Shown: positions 25,252 through 35,515 of the stretch, piece after piece
How the letters are laid out: every line of letters starts with the position of its first letter
Position numbering within the stretch: the first letter of the stretch is position 1
Source of the DNA: Vicinamibacterales bacterium
GTDB lineage: Bacteria > Acidobacteriota > Vicinamibacteria > Vicinamibacterales > UBA8438
NCBI GenBank assembly: GCA_965249105.1
Contig: OZ252219.1
Coordinates: forward strand, 3,634,941 to 3,698,940
Direction: 5' to 3'
DNA length: 64,000 nt
Program-made: the position numbers and the translations under genes
The notes under the pieces: generated by a model
Database searches by the model: none
What the model saw: only the letters and a program-made list of their open reading frames with translations
What the model was told of the DNA's origin: nothing

Positions 25252-26444
25252 TCATTCCTTGATGCTGTAGACCTTGGACCGCGTCCGGAGGAGGAGCCGG
25301 TCGCCGACGATTGCCGGCGACGCCATGATCATTTCGTCGAGGCTGTTGACACCGACAACCTCAAACTCCGGTCCGGCCTTGATGACATACGTGTCGCCCT
25401 GCTCACTGGCCGCGAAGATCTTGCCGTTGTAGGCCCACGGTGAGGCCGAAAAGCTCGCTCCCACTGAGACGCGCTGACGATCATAGACGGGCTCGCCGGT
25501 CAGTGCGTCGTAGCTCTCGAAGAATCCCCGATCGAGCAGGCTGTAGTAGGTATCGCCGTACACCAGCGGAGACGTGTTGTAGTTGCCAGCCTTCGGCTGA
25601 TACCACGCTACATATTCATTGGACGTCTGGCCGTCCGCACGTTGCCGTCGAGGTCGTACGAACGAATGCGGTTTAGGGCGGATGTGACGATCTCGGTGCG
25701 TTGTTCGTGTTCCCGGACAAAAGGAGTCGACCAGCTCGATATCTCGTCGCGCGCCGTCCGCCAGACTTCCTCGCCCGTCCGCTTGTCGAGGGCGGCGATC
25801 CAAGACTCTTCCTCGTTGTCGTTGAGCACGATCAGCAGGTCGCCGTGGACAATCGGCGAGGACGCCGGGCCCCAGTCGTTCCGCGTCCGCTTGAACGGAA
25901 TCTGAACGTTCCAGACCTCCTGCCCGTCCATGTCGAAGGCATAGAGACCCAGGTCTCCAAAGCGCACGTAGACGCGCTCGCCGTCCGTCGTGGGTGTCTC
26001 GGTGGCGTAGGTGTTCTTCATGTGGCGCGGGAAGTCGGGCACTCCTGACCTGACCGACCGCTGCCAGACGATCTCCCCGGTCGCCAGGTCAAGGCAGTAG
26101 ACGAGCCAGTCCTGATCGACCTGGGGCGGCTCCGGTCGGCCGTTTGGCGCGTACAGCCCAGGCTTCGGCAGTTCGAACTCGCCCGCCGCGGTGACGGTGG
26201 TCAGGAACACGCGGTCGCCCCAGACCACGGGGCTCGACCAGCCAAGCCCGGGAATCTCAGTCGACCACTCGATGTTCTCCGTCTGGCTCCACACCTCCGG
26301 CAGATTCGGGTTCTCCGCTACCGCGGCATTCATCGTCGGTCCTCGAAACTGCGGCCAGTCTTCAGCCGCGGAAACCAGACCGCTGAGTGCTGCCGTCAGG
26401 GCACTTGTCCAAAGAAGCGTGGATCTCCCGTTCATCACTCTCAT
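25252..26444 (-). pseudogene. PQQ-binding-like beta-propeller protein, split by an apparent internal deletion/frameshift near 25640
   Basis: N-part (signal, DWPQFRGP, GWSSPVVWGD, SWSTP, IRSYDLDG) and C-part (YNTSPLVY, FSASP, IMASPAI) are in different frames. Confidence 0.75.
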
Positions 26445-26541
26445 ATTCTCCCTTTACACGGAACGCTTGATCCTACCTGACCTCATGATCATCTCCTCAC
26501 TACCCCTGAGGTGGTTGGAGCCCCATGCTCCGTAGGAGCAA

Positions 26542-27648
26542 CTATCGTTGGTTCTTGACCATGCGGTCGAACTCGTCGTAGCGCACGGCGATACGCTGGT
26601 GGAAGGCTTGGTCGAACGAGGCACCTTGGGCAAGGTCCTTCAAGAGCAGGACAACGGCGGACGCGCCTCGCAGACCGATCATACGGTCGACGGCGAGCGC
26701 GCTGTGGGCGTAGGCGATGCTCGCGCCCGCTCCCGCGAGCCCCGCAAAGCTACCGTGCAGGGAACGCAGTGATGGCCGGCCCGACACTGACGCGACCGTC
26801 GCGGATGCACGGTCCACACCGCCAGGCTCCAGCGCTGTCGCGAGCCCTTCATTCAGCCACACCGGCACCATCCGACCACCCAGTTGGGCAACCATGGCAT
26901 GCACGTACTCGTGAGTCAGTACGCGTCGGAGTTCCGCTCGTCGACCCGACTTCATGGCGCCTTGGACCGGAACCCGTATCTGACCGTCGTAGGCCGCACC
27001 GGCCCACGCGGGCAAGCGGGTGAGATCCTGAAACTGCTCCTGCGTGTAGAGCACGACGTTGATTGGGACGGACGGATAGGTTCTCAGCGCCGCACCAACA
27101 TCTCGATAGGCGCTGTCCAGCATCTCCACGATGCGACGGGCCAACGCGTCGTCAGTCGGTCCTTCGAACAGCACCCGAAAGTGAGCGCCACGTGATTGGT
27201 GGAACCGACTCTGGATCGCATCCTCTCGCTCCCAGTCCTCGAGCTTCTCAGCCAGGTGAGCGTCGTCGGGCGCGACGGCCAGCGCGTCCGCGTACAGGGT
27301 GATGGCCCGTTCGACCTGCCCCCTCCGATGGTAGAGCTCCCCCAGGAACCGGGCTGCCTCGACCAGTTGCGGGTTCAGGTCGAGCGCCTGTTCGAGCGCC
27401 GCTTGGGCCTGGTCATCTCGCCCGAGCATGAAGGCAGCCGCCCCGGCGCCCAACCAGAGTGTTGGCTCCCGGGGTGCCGATTCGAGGGCCGTGTTGAAGG
27501 CCGTCAGCGCCTCCCCGAACCGCTCTGCCTGGACGGCTGTCCATCCCTCTTGGGCCAGCTGTTCCACGGCGCTCTGGTCCTGCCGCGCTCGACTTTCGCT
27601 GGCGGTACCCAGCAGCCCGATGAGGGTCAGAATCGCGATGACGCGCAT
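26542..27648 (-). CDS. Secreted TPR protein with peptidase MA-like (HExxH) domain
   Basis: Signal peptide, TPR-like helices, LTHEYVH...WLNEGLA gluzincin pattern. Confidence 0.8.
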   Translation of the reverse strand: MRVIAILTLIGLLGTASESRARQDQSAVEQLAQEGWTAVQAERFGEALTAFNTALESAPREPTLWLGAGAAAFMLGRDDQAQAALEQALDLNPQLVEAARFLGELYHRRGQVERAITLYADALAVAPDDAHLAEKLEDWEREDAIQSRFHQSRGAHFRVLFEGPTDDALARRIVEMLDSAYRDVGAALRTYPSVPINVVLYTQEQFQDLTRLPAWAGAAYDGQIRVPVQGAMKSGRRAELRRVLTHEYVHAMVAQLGGRMVPVWLNEGLATALEPGGVDRASATVASVSGRPSLRSLHGSFAGLAGAGASIAYAHSALAVDRMIGLRGASAVVLLLKDLAQGASFDQAFHQRIAVRYDEFDRMVKNQR

Positions 27649-27732
27649 GAGTCGTGAGTCGAGCACCCTGTCCCCTGTAATCGGCCTCTGCACCCCTTGA
27701 TTGCAGCGCCTTGGTTCGCCGAGGCGCGAACA

Positions 27733-27741
27733 TGCTAGGAT
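27733..27741 (+). promoter_or_regulatory. Extended -10 promoter candidate TGcTAGGAT
   Basis: TGn-TAnnnT match upstream of a structured leader and terminator. Confidence 0.45.
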
Positions 27742-27837
27742 CTTGGTTCCCATGAGCCCGTCTCGTCACAAGCGGTGTCGTCACGCCTGGCGGCGAACGT
27801 CAGGACCGCTGGACCGCCTGCCATCGGTGAACAGAGC

Positions 27838-27863
27838 GCCCCGCCCCCGCGGGGCTTTTTTTT
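27838..27863 (+). terminator. Intrinsic terminator just upstream of the zinc-ribbon gene
   Basis: GCCCCGC-CCCC-GCGGGGC hairpin followed by T8. Confidence 0.75.
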
Positions 27864-27882
27864 GCTCGCAGCCCCAGAATTC

Positions 27883-28605
27883 ATGCTCCCCGACCTCGAA
27901 CATCTGATCCGACTGCAACAGCTGGAGAACTCCGCGACGGAGGCCCGCGAAGAGATCGGAAGCCTGCCGTCCCGCCTCGAAACCCTCCAAGTCCGCGTCG
28001 CCGAACGCCAGAACGGCGTCAAGACGACCACCGATCGTCTCGAGAAACATCGGCGGTCTCGGGCCACGCTGGAAAAGGAGGTGGCCGAGGTACAGTCGCG
28101 GCTCGCCCGGTTCAAAGACCAGCTGATGGCCGTCAAGACCAACAAGGAGTACACAGCGATGCAATCGGAGATCGCTGGCGGCGAGAAACAGCTCCAACAA
28201 CTGGAGGACCGTCTGCTCGAGCAGATGCTCGAGGGCGACGAGTACGAGCGCGACGTCAAGGAAGCTGAGAAGCTGCTCGCGGACGAACAGGTGGCGGCGG
28301 ACAAAGAGCGCGGCATCCTCGAGGAGAATCGGAAGACACTGCAAGAGAAACTGACCGAGGTCGACGGCAGCCGGGCGACCGTGGCCGACGAGCTCACTGC
28401 GCCGACGCGAACACTCTTCGAGCTACTGACGCGGGGCCGGAAGGGTGTGGCCGTCGTCGAAGCTCGTCGGGGCCTATGCACGTCGTGCCAGGTTCGTCTC
28501 CGCCCACAGCTCTTCAACAACGTGCGGTCAAACGCGAGCCTCATCCAGTGCGAGAACTGTCAGCGCATTCTGTACTTCGCTGAGCAACGTCCCGTCGCGT
28601 CGTAG
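27883..28605 (+). CDS. Coiled-coil protein with C4 zinc ribbon (DUF164/CT398-like)
   Basis: LIRLQQLE, VKTNKEYTAMQSEI, CTSC...CENCQRILY. Confidence 0.9.
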   Translation: MLPDLEHLIRLQQLENSATEAREEIGSLPSRLETLQVRVAERQNGVKTTTDRLEKHRRSRATLEKEVAEVQSRLARFKDQLMAVKTNKEYTAMQSEIAGGEKQLQQLEDRLLEQMLEGDEYERDVKEAEKLLADEQVAADKERGILEENRKTLQEKLTEVDGSRATVADELTAPTRTLFELLTRGRKGVAVVEARRGLCTSCQVRLRPQLFNNVRSNASLIQCENCQRILYFAEQRPVAS

Positions 28606-28624
28606 GCTAGAGTCCCAACACCCG

Positions 28625-29098
28625 ATGACGCCCGGTCCCCGCCACGCCTCACCGGAGTCGACGGAGCGACACGATCGGTCAGCGTCGGTCACCGTGGGGC
28701 GGGCCGAGCTTCCTGCTGGCTCCGTCCTCTCGATCGGTGTCGACTTCGAGTCGATTCGCCGGGTTGACCAGCTCTTGCAACGCTACGGGGACCGCTTTCT
28801 GAATCGCGTATTCACCGAAGAGGAAATAGCCTACAGCCTGCGCCGCAAGCAGCCAGCCCAGCATCTGACCGGTCGTTTCTGCGCCAAGGAGGCGGCGATG
28901 AAGGCCCTTGGCACCGGGCGCTCACTCGGTGTGCTGTGGCGCAACGTGGAAGTTGTGCGGGTGTCTGGTCCCCCCCAGCTTCGGCTACACGGCGGAGCCG
29001 CTCGGCGTTTCGAGCAGCTCGGTGGAGGCCAGGCACTCATCACCATCACCCACGCCGGGGATTTCGCGTTCGCTCAGGTCCTTTTCCTTCGCGCCTAG
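28625..29098 (+). CDS. acpS: Holo-ACP synthase (start uncertain)
   Basis: IGVDF, FLNRVFTEEE, GRFCAKEAAMKALGTG, ITITH. Confidence 0.9.
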   Translation: MTPGPRHASPESTERHDRSASVTVGRAELPAGSVLSIGVDFESIRRVDQLLQRYGDRFLNRVFTEEEIAYSLRRKQPAQHLTGRFCAKEAAMKALGTGRSLGVLWRNVEVVRVSGPPQLRLHGGAARRFEQLGGGQALITITHAGDFAFAQVLFLRA

Positions 29099-29289
29099 GA
29101 CGAAGACGGCGTCTCCTCGGGTTGACGGTCTGTCCGACTCCGAGCGGGGCCACCGTGGCGTTCGGCGACGTATTTCCACAACCTGATTAGGTCCAGGCAC
29201 TTGCATCCACGACGAGGTCGTGGCCCAGCGATTGCTTTCTTCGACCCAGAGCAGGAGGTCTTACGAGAGGTCAGACAGGGAGCGGCACA

Positions 29290-29598
29290 ATGCAGGTGAA
29301 CATCCTACCGACCACCAACGGAGCGCCGGCCGGCAAACTCGCGGAAGCCGAGCTCTGCTTTGCCGATGGCTTGCTGTCAGGCTTGAAGCTTGTCGGCTTC
29401 AGTATCTGGGAAGGCCGCGACGGACGCGGGCGGAACGTCACGTTTCCGGCCCGCCAGTACGCAGTGAACGGCGAGCGCCGAAGCTACGCGTTGCTCCGAG
29501 GCATCGAGCACAGCGGGACCGGGCACCCGCTCCGCGAACGAATCCTCCAGGCGTACGCGGAACGGGAGGACGAGGCGCTCCCAGCAAGCCCCTCGTAG
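29290..29598 (+). CDS. Small hypothetical protein, possibly SpoVG-like fold
   Basis: GGGAG RBS; KLAEAEL..GLKLVGFSIWE...VTFPARQY pattern. Confidence 0.6.
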   Translation: MQVNILPTTNGAPAGKLAEAELCFADGLLSGLKLVGFSIWEGRDGRGRNVTFPARQYAVNGERRSYALLRGIEHSGTGHPLRERILQAYAEREDEALPASPS

Positions 29599-29606
29599 GA
29601 ATCCCG

Positions 29607-30851
29607 CTATCCGTTCTGTCGTCGCAAGAACGCCGGTGTGTCGAGAGACATGTCCAGCTCGAGCCGGTCTCCATCGTCGGACGCATCGGGGGCCGACGAC
29701 GGCGCTGGAGGCATCTCAATCGTCGGCCGCCGTGCCACCGGCACGTCTGCGCCGACGGCTTGCGGCAAGGGCTGGTCCTGCTGCCAATCGGTGTAGTGCT
29801 GGAGGTCGACCGGTGTCTTGGCATTGGCGCCGGCGGGCCGGTTGCCAAAGCCGGTCGCGATCACGGTGATCTTGACCTGTCCCTTCATGGCCTCGTCGAT
29901 GACGGCACCGAAGATAATGTTGGCCTCCTCGTGCGCCGCCTCGTGAATGATCGACGCCGCCTCGCTGACCTCGATCATCGAGAGGTCGGAGCCGCCGGTC
30001 ACGTTGACGATGACACCGCACGCACCGTCGACGGAGGCGTCCTCGAGCAACGGACTGGAGACGGCACGGGTGGCGGCATCGACCGCCCGATTCTCGCCCT
30101 CGCCCACGCCGGTGCCCATGATCGCCAGTCCCATCCCCGACATGATCGTGGTCACGTCGGCGAAGTCCAGGTTGATGAGGCCAGGCATCAGGATGAGATC
30201 CGAGATCCCCTGGATCGCTTGATGCAAGACATCGTCCGCTTTGGTAAAGGCGTCGGTCAGACTCGTGGTGCGTTCGATCGTCGAGAGCAGCTTCTCGTTC
30301 GGGATCGTGATCACCGTGTCGACGCAATCTTTAAGCTCCTCGAGTCCCCGTTCGGCCTGCAGTGCGCGCCGCCGGCCCTCGAACGTGAACGGCTTCGTGA
30401 CGACGGCAACCGTGAGCGCTCCAAGCTCGCTGGCCAGGTTGGCGATCACCGGTGCACCGCCGGTGCCCGTCCCCCCGCCAAGACCGGTGGTCACAAAGAC
30501 CATGTCGGCGCCATCGAGTGCGCCAATGAGTTGCTCGGTGTCCTCCAGCGCGGCCTGACGGCCGACATTCGGGTCGGCACCGGCACCAAGCCCCTTGGTC
30601 AGCTTGGCGCCAAGCTGGATCCTGACGGGCGCGACGCTCTGGGACAGCGCCTGCGCGTCGGTGTTGGCGGCGATGAAGTCAATGGTGTTGAGGCGGGCCG
30701 CCACCATGCGGTTGACGGCGTTGCTGCCGCCGCCACCGACACCGATGACCTTGATGCGGGCGCCTGGTTTGAAGTCGTGTTCCAACGTTAGGCGAAGCTC
30801 CGCCTCGGCGTTCGTGTCCATCTCGTTCTCGATCTTTCGCTGCTTGGTCAT
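29607..30851 (-). CDS. ftsZ: Cell division protein FtsZ
   Basis: [32 protein letters not shown]-terminal DTPAFLRRQ. Confidence 0.98.
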   Translation of the reverse strand: MTKQRKIENEMDTNAEAELRLTLEHDFKPGARIKVIGVGGGGSNAVNRMVAARLNTIDFIAANTDAQALSQSVAPVRIQLGAKLTKGLGAGADPNVGRQAALEDTEQLIGALDGADMVFVTTGLGGGTGTGGAPVIANLASELGALTVAVVTKPFTFEGRRRALQAERGLEELKDCVDTVITIPNEKLLSTIERTTSLTDAFTKADDVLHQAIQGISDLILMPGLINLDFADVTTIMSGMGLAIMGTGVGEGENRAVDAATRAVSSPLLEDASVDGACGVIVNVTGGSDLSMIEVSEAASIIHEAAHEEANIIFGAVIDEAMKGQVKITVIATGFGNRPAGANAKTPVDLQHYTDWQQDQPLPQAVGADVPVARRPTIEMPPAPSSAPDASDDGDRLELDMSLDTPAFLRRQNG

Positions 30852-30870
30852 CGCTGCATCTCCTCCGAAC

Positions 30871-32109
30871 CTAGAAAAACTCCTTGAACAGGCCCCGTAG
30901 TCTTCCCGCAACCCGGCTGAGGGTGCCCACACCCACCGAGCGGTTGTATTCGATCATCTGGTTGCGACGGGCGTACATCACGAGCCCGACCGCCGTCGCA
31001 AACGCCGGGTTGTTCACGTGGTCGGTCAGCCCCCCGACCCCAACCGGACATCCGCGTCGCATGGGCAGATCGAAGATCTGATCGGCGATCTCAGGCATCC
31101 CGTCCAGGATCGATCCGCCACCGGTCAGGACGATACCCGAGTTGAGCGAGCGTTCGTACCCAGCGCGCCGAATCTCATCCCACAACTGATGAAATATCTC
31201 CTCGGCCCGCGGCTGCAAGACCTCGGAGAGGATTCGACGCGACATGACCCGTGGCTGTCGACCGCCGACACTTGCGACCTCAATCGTCTCTTCCTCTTCG
31301 ACCAGCGCCGACAGCGCACATCCAGACCGTCGCTTTGTCTTTTCAGCTTCAGGAATCGGGGTACGAAGGCCGACGGCGATGTCGTTGGTGAAGTGGTCGC
31401 CGCCGAGCGCGACGACGCCCGTGTGCCAGAGACTGCCCTTCTCGAAGATGGCGAACTCAGTCGTGCCGCCCCCGATATCCACCAGTGCGACACCGAGCTC
31501 CTTCTCGTCGGCGGTCAGCACCGCTTCGGAAGCAGCCAGCTGCTCCAGCACCGTGTCGGCCACTTCCACGCCTGCGCGATTGACGCAGGCGACGATGTTC
31601 TGCGTGGTCGACGTGCTCCCTGTGACCACGTGGACGTTCACCTCGAGACGTGCGCCCGTCATCCCGATCGGCGCCCCGATCCCGTCCTGCTCGTCCACCA
31701 CGAAATCCTGCGGCAGCACGTGGACAATCTCTCGTCCACTTGGGAGCGCTACCGCCTTGGCTGCATCGATCGCACGACGGACGTCCTCTCGCGTGATCTC
31801 GCGGTTCTTCCCGGCAACGGCCACGACGCCCCGGCTGTTAAATGCCTTGACGTGCGCGCCGGACAGTCCCAAGTGCACGGAGTCTATCTCGACCCCAGCG
31901 GTGAGCTCAGCCTCCTCGATCGCCTTCTTGATTGATTCGACCGCCGCCTCGAGATTGACGACCGCGCCTCGGCGAATGCCGTTCGCCTCGGCCAGACCGA
32001 TGCCGATGACGTCGAGACCCTCGTCATCGTCCATCGCCTCACCGACGATGGCGGCGATCTTCGATGTGCCAACATCAAGCCCAACCAGATACTGCTCCCT
32101 ACGCGCCAC
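30871..32109 (-). CDS. ftsA: Cell division protein FtsA
   Basis: [30 protein letters not shown]-terminal amphipathic helix LFKEFF. Confidence 0.97.
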   Translation of the reverse strand: MARREQYLVGLDVGTSKIAAIVGEAMDDDEGLDVIGIGLAEANGIRRGAVVNLEAAVESIKKAIEEAELTAGVEIDSVHLGLSGAHVKAFNSRGVVAVAGKNREITREDVRRAIDAAKAVALPSGREIVHVLPQDFVVDEQDGIGAPIGMTGARLEVNVHVVTGSTSTTQNIVACVNRAGVEVADTVLEQLAASEAVLTADEKELGVALVDIGGGTTEFAIFEKGSLWHTGVVALGGDHFTNDIAVGLRTPIPEAEKTKRRSGCALSALVEEEETIEVASVGGRQPRVMSRRILSEVLQPRAEEIFHQLWDEIRRAGYERSLNSGIVLTGGGSILDGMPEIADQIFDLPMRRGCPVGVGGLTDHVNNPAFATAVGLVMYARRNQMIEYNRSVGVGTLSRVAGRLRGLFKEFF

Positions 32110-32135
32110 TCATCCTCCGATACCGATGTCGTTCA

Positions 32136-32993
32136 TCATTGAACACTCAGGCTGCGAGTCTGAGGGATCTCAACCAGTGGACCCGAAAGCTCGCCTTGAA
32201 CCGCGGGCCGGACAAACACGCGATTCTCGAAACGCATGTCTACGTAGTCGATCTCGGGAATATAGCCGCGGAGCGTCGGAGCCAGCTCCAGATACCGTCG
32301 AAGCCGCTTGACGAATTGCTCGTGCCCAAGGTGGATCAGCGTCGGTCCGTCGCTGAGCAGGACGACCGCATCATACGGGTCGCCGACACCGATCTGGGAC
32401 ACCTGGCCGGCCAGGCCACGGTCGGCGTCCAGGGCGGAGATGAGGCTCGACGCCAGCTCGGCTCGGCGCTCGTCGACCGCCTCCCCCTGGGCTGCCGACA
32501 ATCCGTCCACGATAGGAAGATCCACGTCTGCGAACCTCGGACCATACTCCTCGATGAGCGTCCCACGTCGGTCCATCAGGTAGAGCCTGCTTCCGAACCT
32601 GGCAAGACCGGCCGGTTCACGCTCGGTGACACCGACCTTCACCGTCGATGGCAAGATTCGACTCAACGTGGCGTTCTCGATCCAAACCGACGTGAGCAAC
32701 TGGTCGCGGCGGGCTTCCAGGTCGACTGTCACGATGTTCCGATCCCTGAGCTGACCGACGAGGGCCAACACCTCGCCGTCGGATACACGAGTGTTGCCTT
32801 CGACCACGATTCTGTCGACCTGCAGAAACCTCGCGGTGCGGATCACCTCAGGCACGGCTAACGCGCCGAGCGTGACGAAGACGATGACGACGGCACCGAG
32901 GACCAATCGTCGCGTCGTCTCGGCCCGTCTTCGTCTCGACGGCTTGACATGAGCCCGGCGGAACCGCCGGTCGGTCGTCGTCTGGACCGCCAT
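32136..32993 (-). CDS. ftsQ: Cell division protein FtsQ/DivIB
   Basis: Single TM, POTRA region, YVDMRF, position in the dcw cluster. Confidence 0.9.
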   Translation of the reverse strand: MAVQTTTDRRFRRAHVKPSRRRRAETTRRLVLGAVVIVFVTLGALAVPEVIRTARFLQVDRIVVEGNTRVSDGEVLALVGQLRDRNIVTVDLEARRDQLLTSVWIENATLSRILPSTVKVGVTEREPAGLARFGSRLYLMDRRGTLIEEYGPRFADVDLPIVDGLSAAQGEAVDERRAELASSLISALDADRGLAGQVSQIGVGDPYDAVVLLSDGPTLIHLGHEQFVKRLRRYLELAPTLRGYIPEIDYVDMRFENRVFVRPAVQGELSGPLVEIPQTRSLSVQ

Positions 32994-34387
32994 CAGGTCG
33001 CGCCCTCGCTATCGCGACGGCCGAGGGCGACCACGATCCGTGCCGCCACCGTACCAATTGACCCCGCGCCGAGTGTCAGCACTACGTCACCCGGACGCGC
33101 GTCCTGCACGACGACATCAACCGCCTCGTCGAGCGACCGTACTCGGCGGATCGGCACGTCGGACCGCTGCTGCACGGCCTCAGTCATTGCCTCAGCACTG
33201 GCGCCAGGAATCGGTGTCTCGCTCGCGGGATAGACCTCCGTGAGGATCAGCTCATCTGCCCCGCCCAACACGTCGGCGAACCGGCCAAGCAAGCGGAGGG
33301 TCCGGCTGTATCGATGGGGTTGGAACACCACCCGGAGGCGGCCGGGGGCGCGCAATCTGGCGGTGTCGATCACCGCGGCGATCTCGGTCGGGTGATGGGC
33401 GTAGTCATCGATCACCAGAACGCCGTCGACCTCGCCGTGCACCTGAAAACGCCGGTCGGCACCAGCAAAGCTGCGAAGCGCAGTAGCCACCGCGTCGGTC
33501 GGTACTTCGAGCGCGACAGCCACGCCGATGGCGGCAAGCGCGTTCTGGACGTTGTGGCGTCCAGGCTCGGTCAGCTCGATGTCGAGGCTCTCACCAGTCG
33601 GACACTCCACGCTGAATCGCGACCCGGTGGCGCCAAGCTCCACGAATGACGGTCGGAGATCGGCTGACTCGTCGTCGATCGCATAGCTCACCACACGCCC
33701 CGGCACCTGCGTGACCACCCGGCGCACTCGTGGGTCGTCGATGCAGGCGACCACACATCCGTCTCCAGCCGTGCGTCGCGAGAACTCGAGAAATGACGCC
33801 TCGAGGTCAGCCATCCCGTCGTACGCGTCGAGGTGCTCATCGTCGATGTTGGTCAGCACCGCGATCTCCGGCGACAGCTTGAGAAACGACCGGTCGCTCT
33901 CGTCCGCCTCGACCACCATCAGCGCTCCGCTCCCGAGACGTGCGTTGCTGCCGAATGCGCTCACCCGGCCGCCGATAACGGCCGTCGGGTCGAGACCGGC
34001 AGTTTCGAGCACCAGCGCCACCATCGCTGTGGTCGTGGTCTTCCCGTGTGACCCGACCACCGCAACCGTCCGTTTCTGGGCAGCCAGCTCGGCAAGCATC
34101 GCACCGCGAGGCACGACTGGTATCCCCTGTTCGGCGGCCGCAGTCCACTCGGGGTTCTCAACCGGTATGGCGGCCGAGACCACCACGATGTCGGCGTGCC
34201 CGATGTTGCGTCCGTCGTGACCCAGACTGACTCGGGCGCCCAAGCTCTCGAGCCGCCTGGTGATCACCGATGACGCCACGTCGGACCCAGTGACGTCATG
34301 CCCCATGTTGACGAGCAACTCGGCGATTCCACTCATCCCGATACCACCGATCCCCACGAGGTGAACGTGCCGAGGCTGTTCGAGCAC
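32993..34387 (-). CDS. murC: UDP-N-acetylmuramate--L-alanine ligase
   Basis: GIGGIGMSG, GSHGKTTTT, EADESD, DDYAHHPTEI, FQPHRY. Confidence 0.97.
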   Translation of the reverse strand: MLEQPRHVHLVGIGGIGMSGIAELLVNMGHDVTGSDVASSVITRRLESLGARVSLGHDGRNIGHADIVVVSAAIPVENPEWTAAAEQGIPVVPRGAMLAELAAQKRTVAVVGSHGKTTTTAMVALVLETAGLDPTAVIGGRVSAFGSNARLGSGALMVVEADESDRSFLKLSPEIAVLTNIDDEHLDAYDGMADLEASFLEFSRRTAGDGCVVACIDDPRVRRVVTQVPGRVVSYAIDDESADLRPSFVELGATGSRFSVECPTGESLDIELTEPGRHNVQNALAAIGVAVALEVPTDAVATALRSFAGADRRFQVHGEVDGVLVIDDYAHHPTEIAAVIDTARLRAPGRLRVVFQPHRYSRTLRLLGRFADVLGGADELILTEVYPASETPIPGASAEAMTEAVQQRSDVPIRRVRSLDEAVDVVVQDARPGDVVLTLGAGSIGTVAARIVVALGRRDSEGAT

Positions 34388-34390
34388 ACT

Positions 34391-35488
34391 TCAATTACCA
34401 TGCGCCAGCAGGCGCTCCATCCGGTCGACGATGAGACGAGTTGCGTCCGGGGCTCCGAGTTGTCGGTTGGCGTCGGCCAACGCGAGACGCCGGCGATCGT
34501 CCCTGATCACGTCGAGCATCCTTTGTGAGAGCGTCAGACCCGACAGTTCGGTCGGGTCGATGACCTCCGCGGCTCCAGCCCCTGCGACGACGGCCGCGTT
34601 ACGGCGCTGATGGTCGTGAGTCGCGTGTGGATAGGGCACCAGAATCGCTGCGCGTCCGGCGGCAGCCAGCTCCGCGAGGGTCGTGGCGCCCGCCCGACAC
34701 ACGATCACATCGGCTTCGGCCATCTCTCTATCCATCCCGTCCAAGAACGGCTCCACACGTGCCGTTGCGCCGGCCAACCGATATCCCTCGCGCACGAACT
34801 CCAGGTCGGCTTCGCCCGATTGATGCGTGAATCGAACCGCTTCGCAGGCGGCCGCGATGAGCGCCGCCGCCTCGACCATCGCCAGATTGATGGAATGGGC
34901 TCCCTGTGAGCCACCCAGTACGAGAACGTGGGGTTGAGTCAGCGTGGTCCTCGGAGCCGGAACGTCGAAGAACCCCGATCGGACCGGGTTTCCGCTTACG
35001 AACCCGACCGACCCGAAGTGTGGCAACGCCGCCTCGTATGACACGGCGGCGGCTCGAACCAGACTCGAGAGCAGACGGTTGGTCACGCCTGGCACCGCGT
35101 TCTGTTCGAGCAATAGAGTCGGAACGTCGCGGAGCGCCGCCAAGGCCATGACCGGACCGGAGCTGTACCCCCCGAGCCCAACGACCAACCCAGGCTGGTG
35201 TTGGCGCAGCACTCGCCACGCATCGAGAAACCCTGCCGGCAAGAGGAGCAGCCCTCGCGCCACCGCCGTCAACGAACGACCGACCAGTCCCACGGCGCGA
35301 ACACGCTCCAGCGAAAAGCCCTCCCGCGACAAAACACGACTTTCCAGGTCGCGGCCAGACCCCACGAACACGATCCGCGTCGCCGGGCTCCGCCGCGCCA
35401 GCTCCCTGGCGACAGCCACTCCAGGAAACAGGTGACCACCCGTTCCGCCACCGGTGAACAGCACACACGTCGACGTCTCGGTCGTCAT
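34391..35488 (-). CDS. murG: Lipid II GlcNAc transferase MurG
   Basis: GGGTGGHLFP, EQNAVPG, GNPVR, GGSQGA, RAGATT. Confidence 0.97.
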   Translation of the reverse strand: MTTETSTCVLFTGGGTGGHLFPGVAVARELARRSPATRIVFVGSGRDLESRVLSREGFSLERVRAVGLVGRSLTAVARGLLLLPAGFLDAWRVLRQHQPGLVVGLGGYSSGPVMALAALRDVPTLLLEQNAVPGVTNRLLSSLVRAAAVSYEAALPHFGSVGFVSGNPVRSGFFDVPAPRTTLTQPHVLVLGGSQGAHSINLAMVEAAALIAAACEAVRFTHQSGEADLEFVREGYRLAGATARVEPFLDGMDREMAEADVIVCRAGATTLAELAAAGRAAILVPYPHATHDHQRRNAAVVAGAGAAEVIDPTELSGLTLSQRMLDVIRDDRRRLALADANRQLGAPDATRLIVDRMERLLAHGN

Positions 35489-35515
35489 CTGGTGTCCCGT
35501 GACACTGACCGGTGG

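Noticed and set aside
27750..27863. SRP RNA, 6S RNA or a known riboswitch
   Set aside because: Lacks the SRP GGAAG..AGCAG loop and recognisable aptamer motifs, and is too short for 6S; kept only as an unknown candidate
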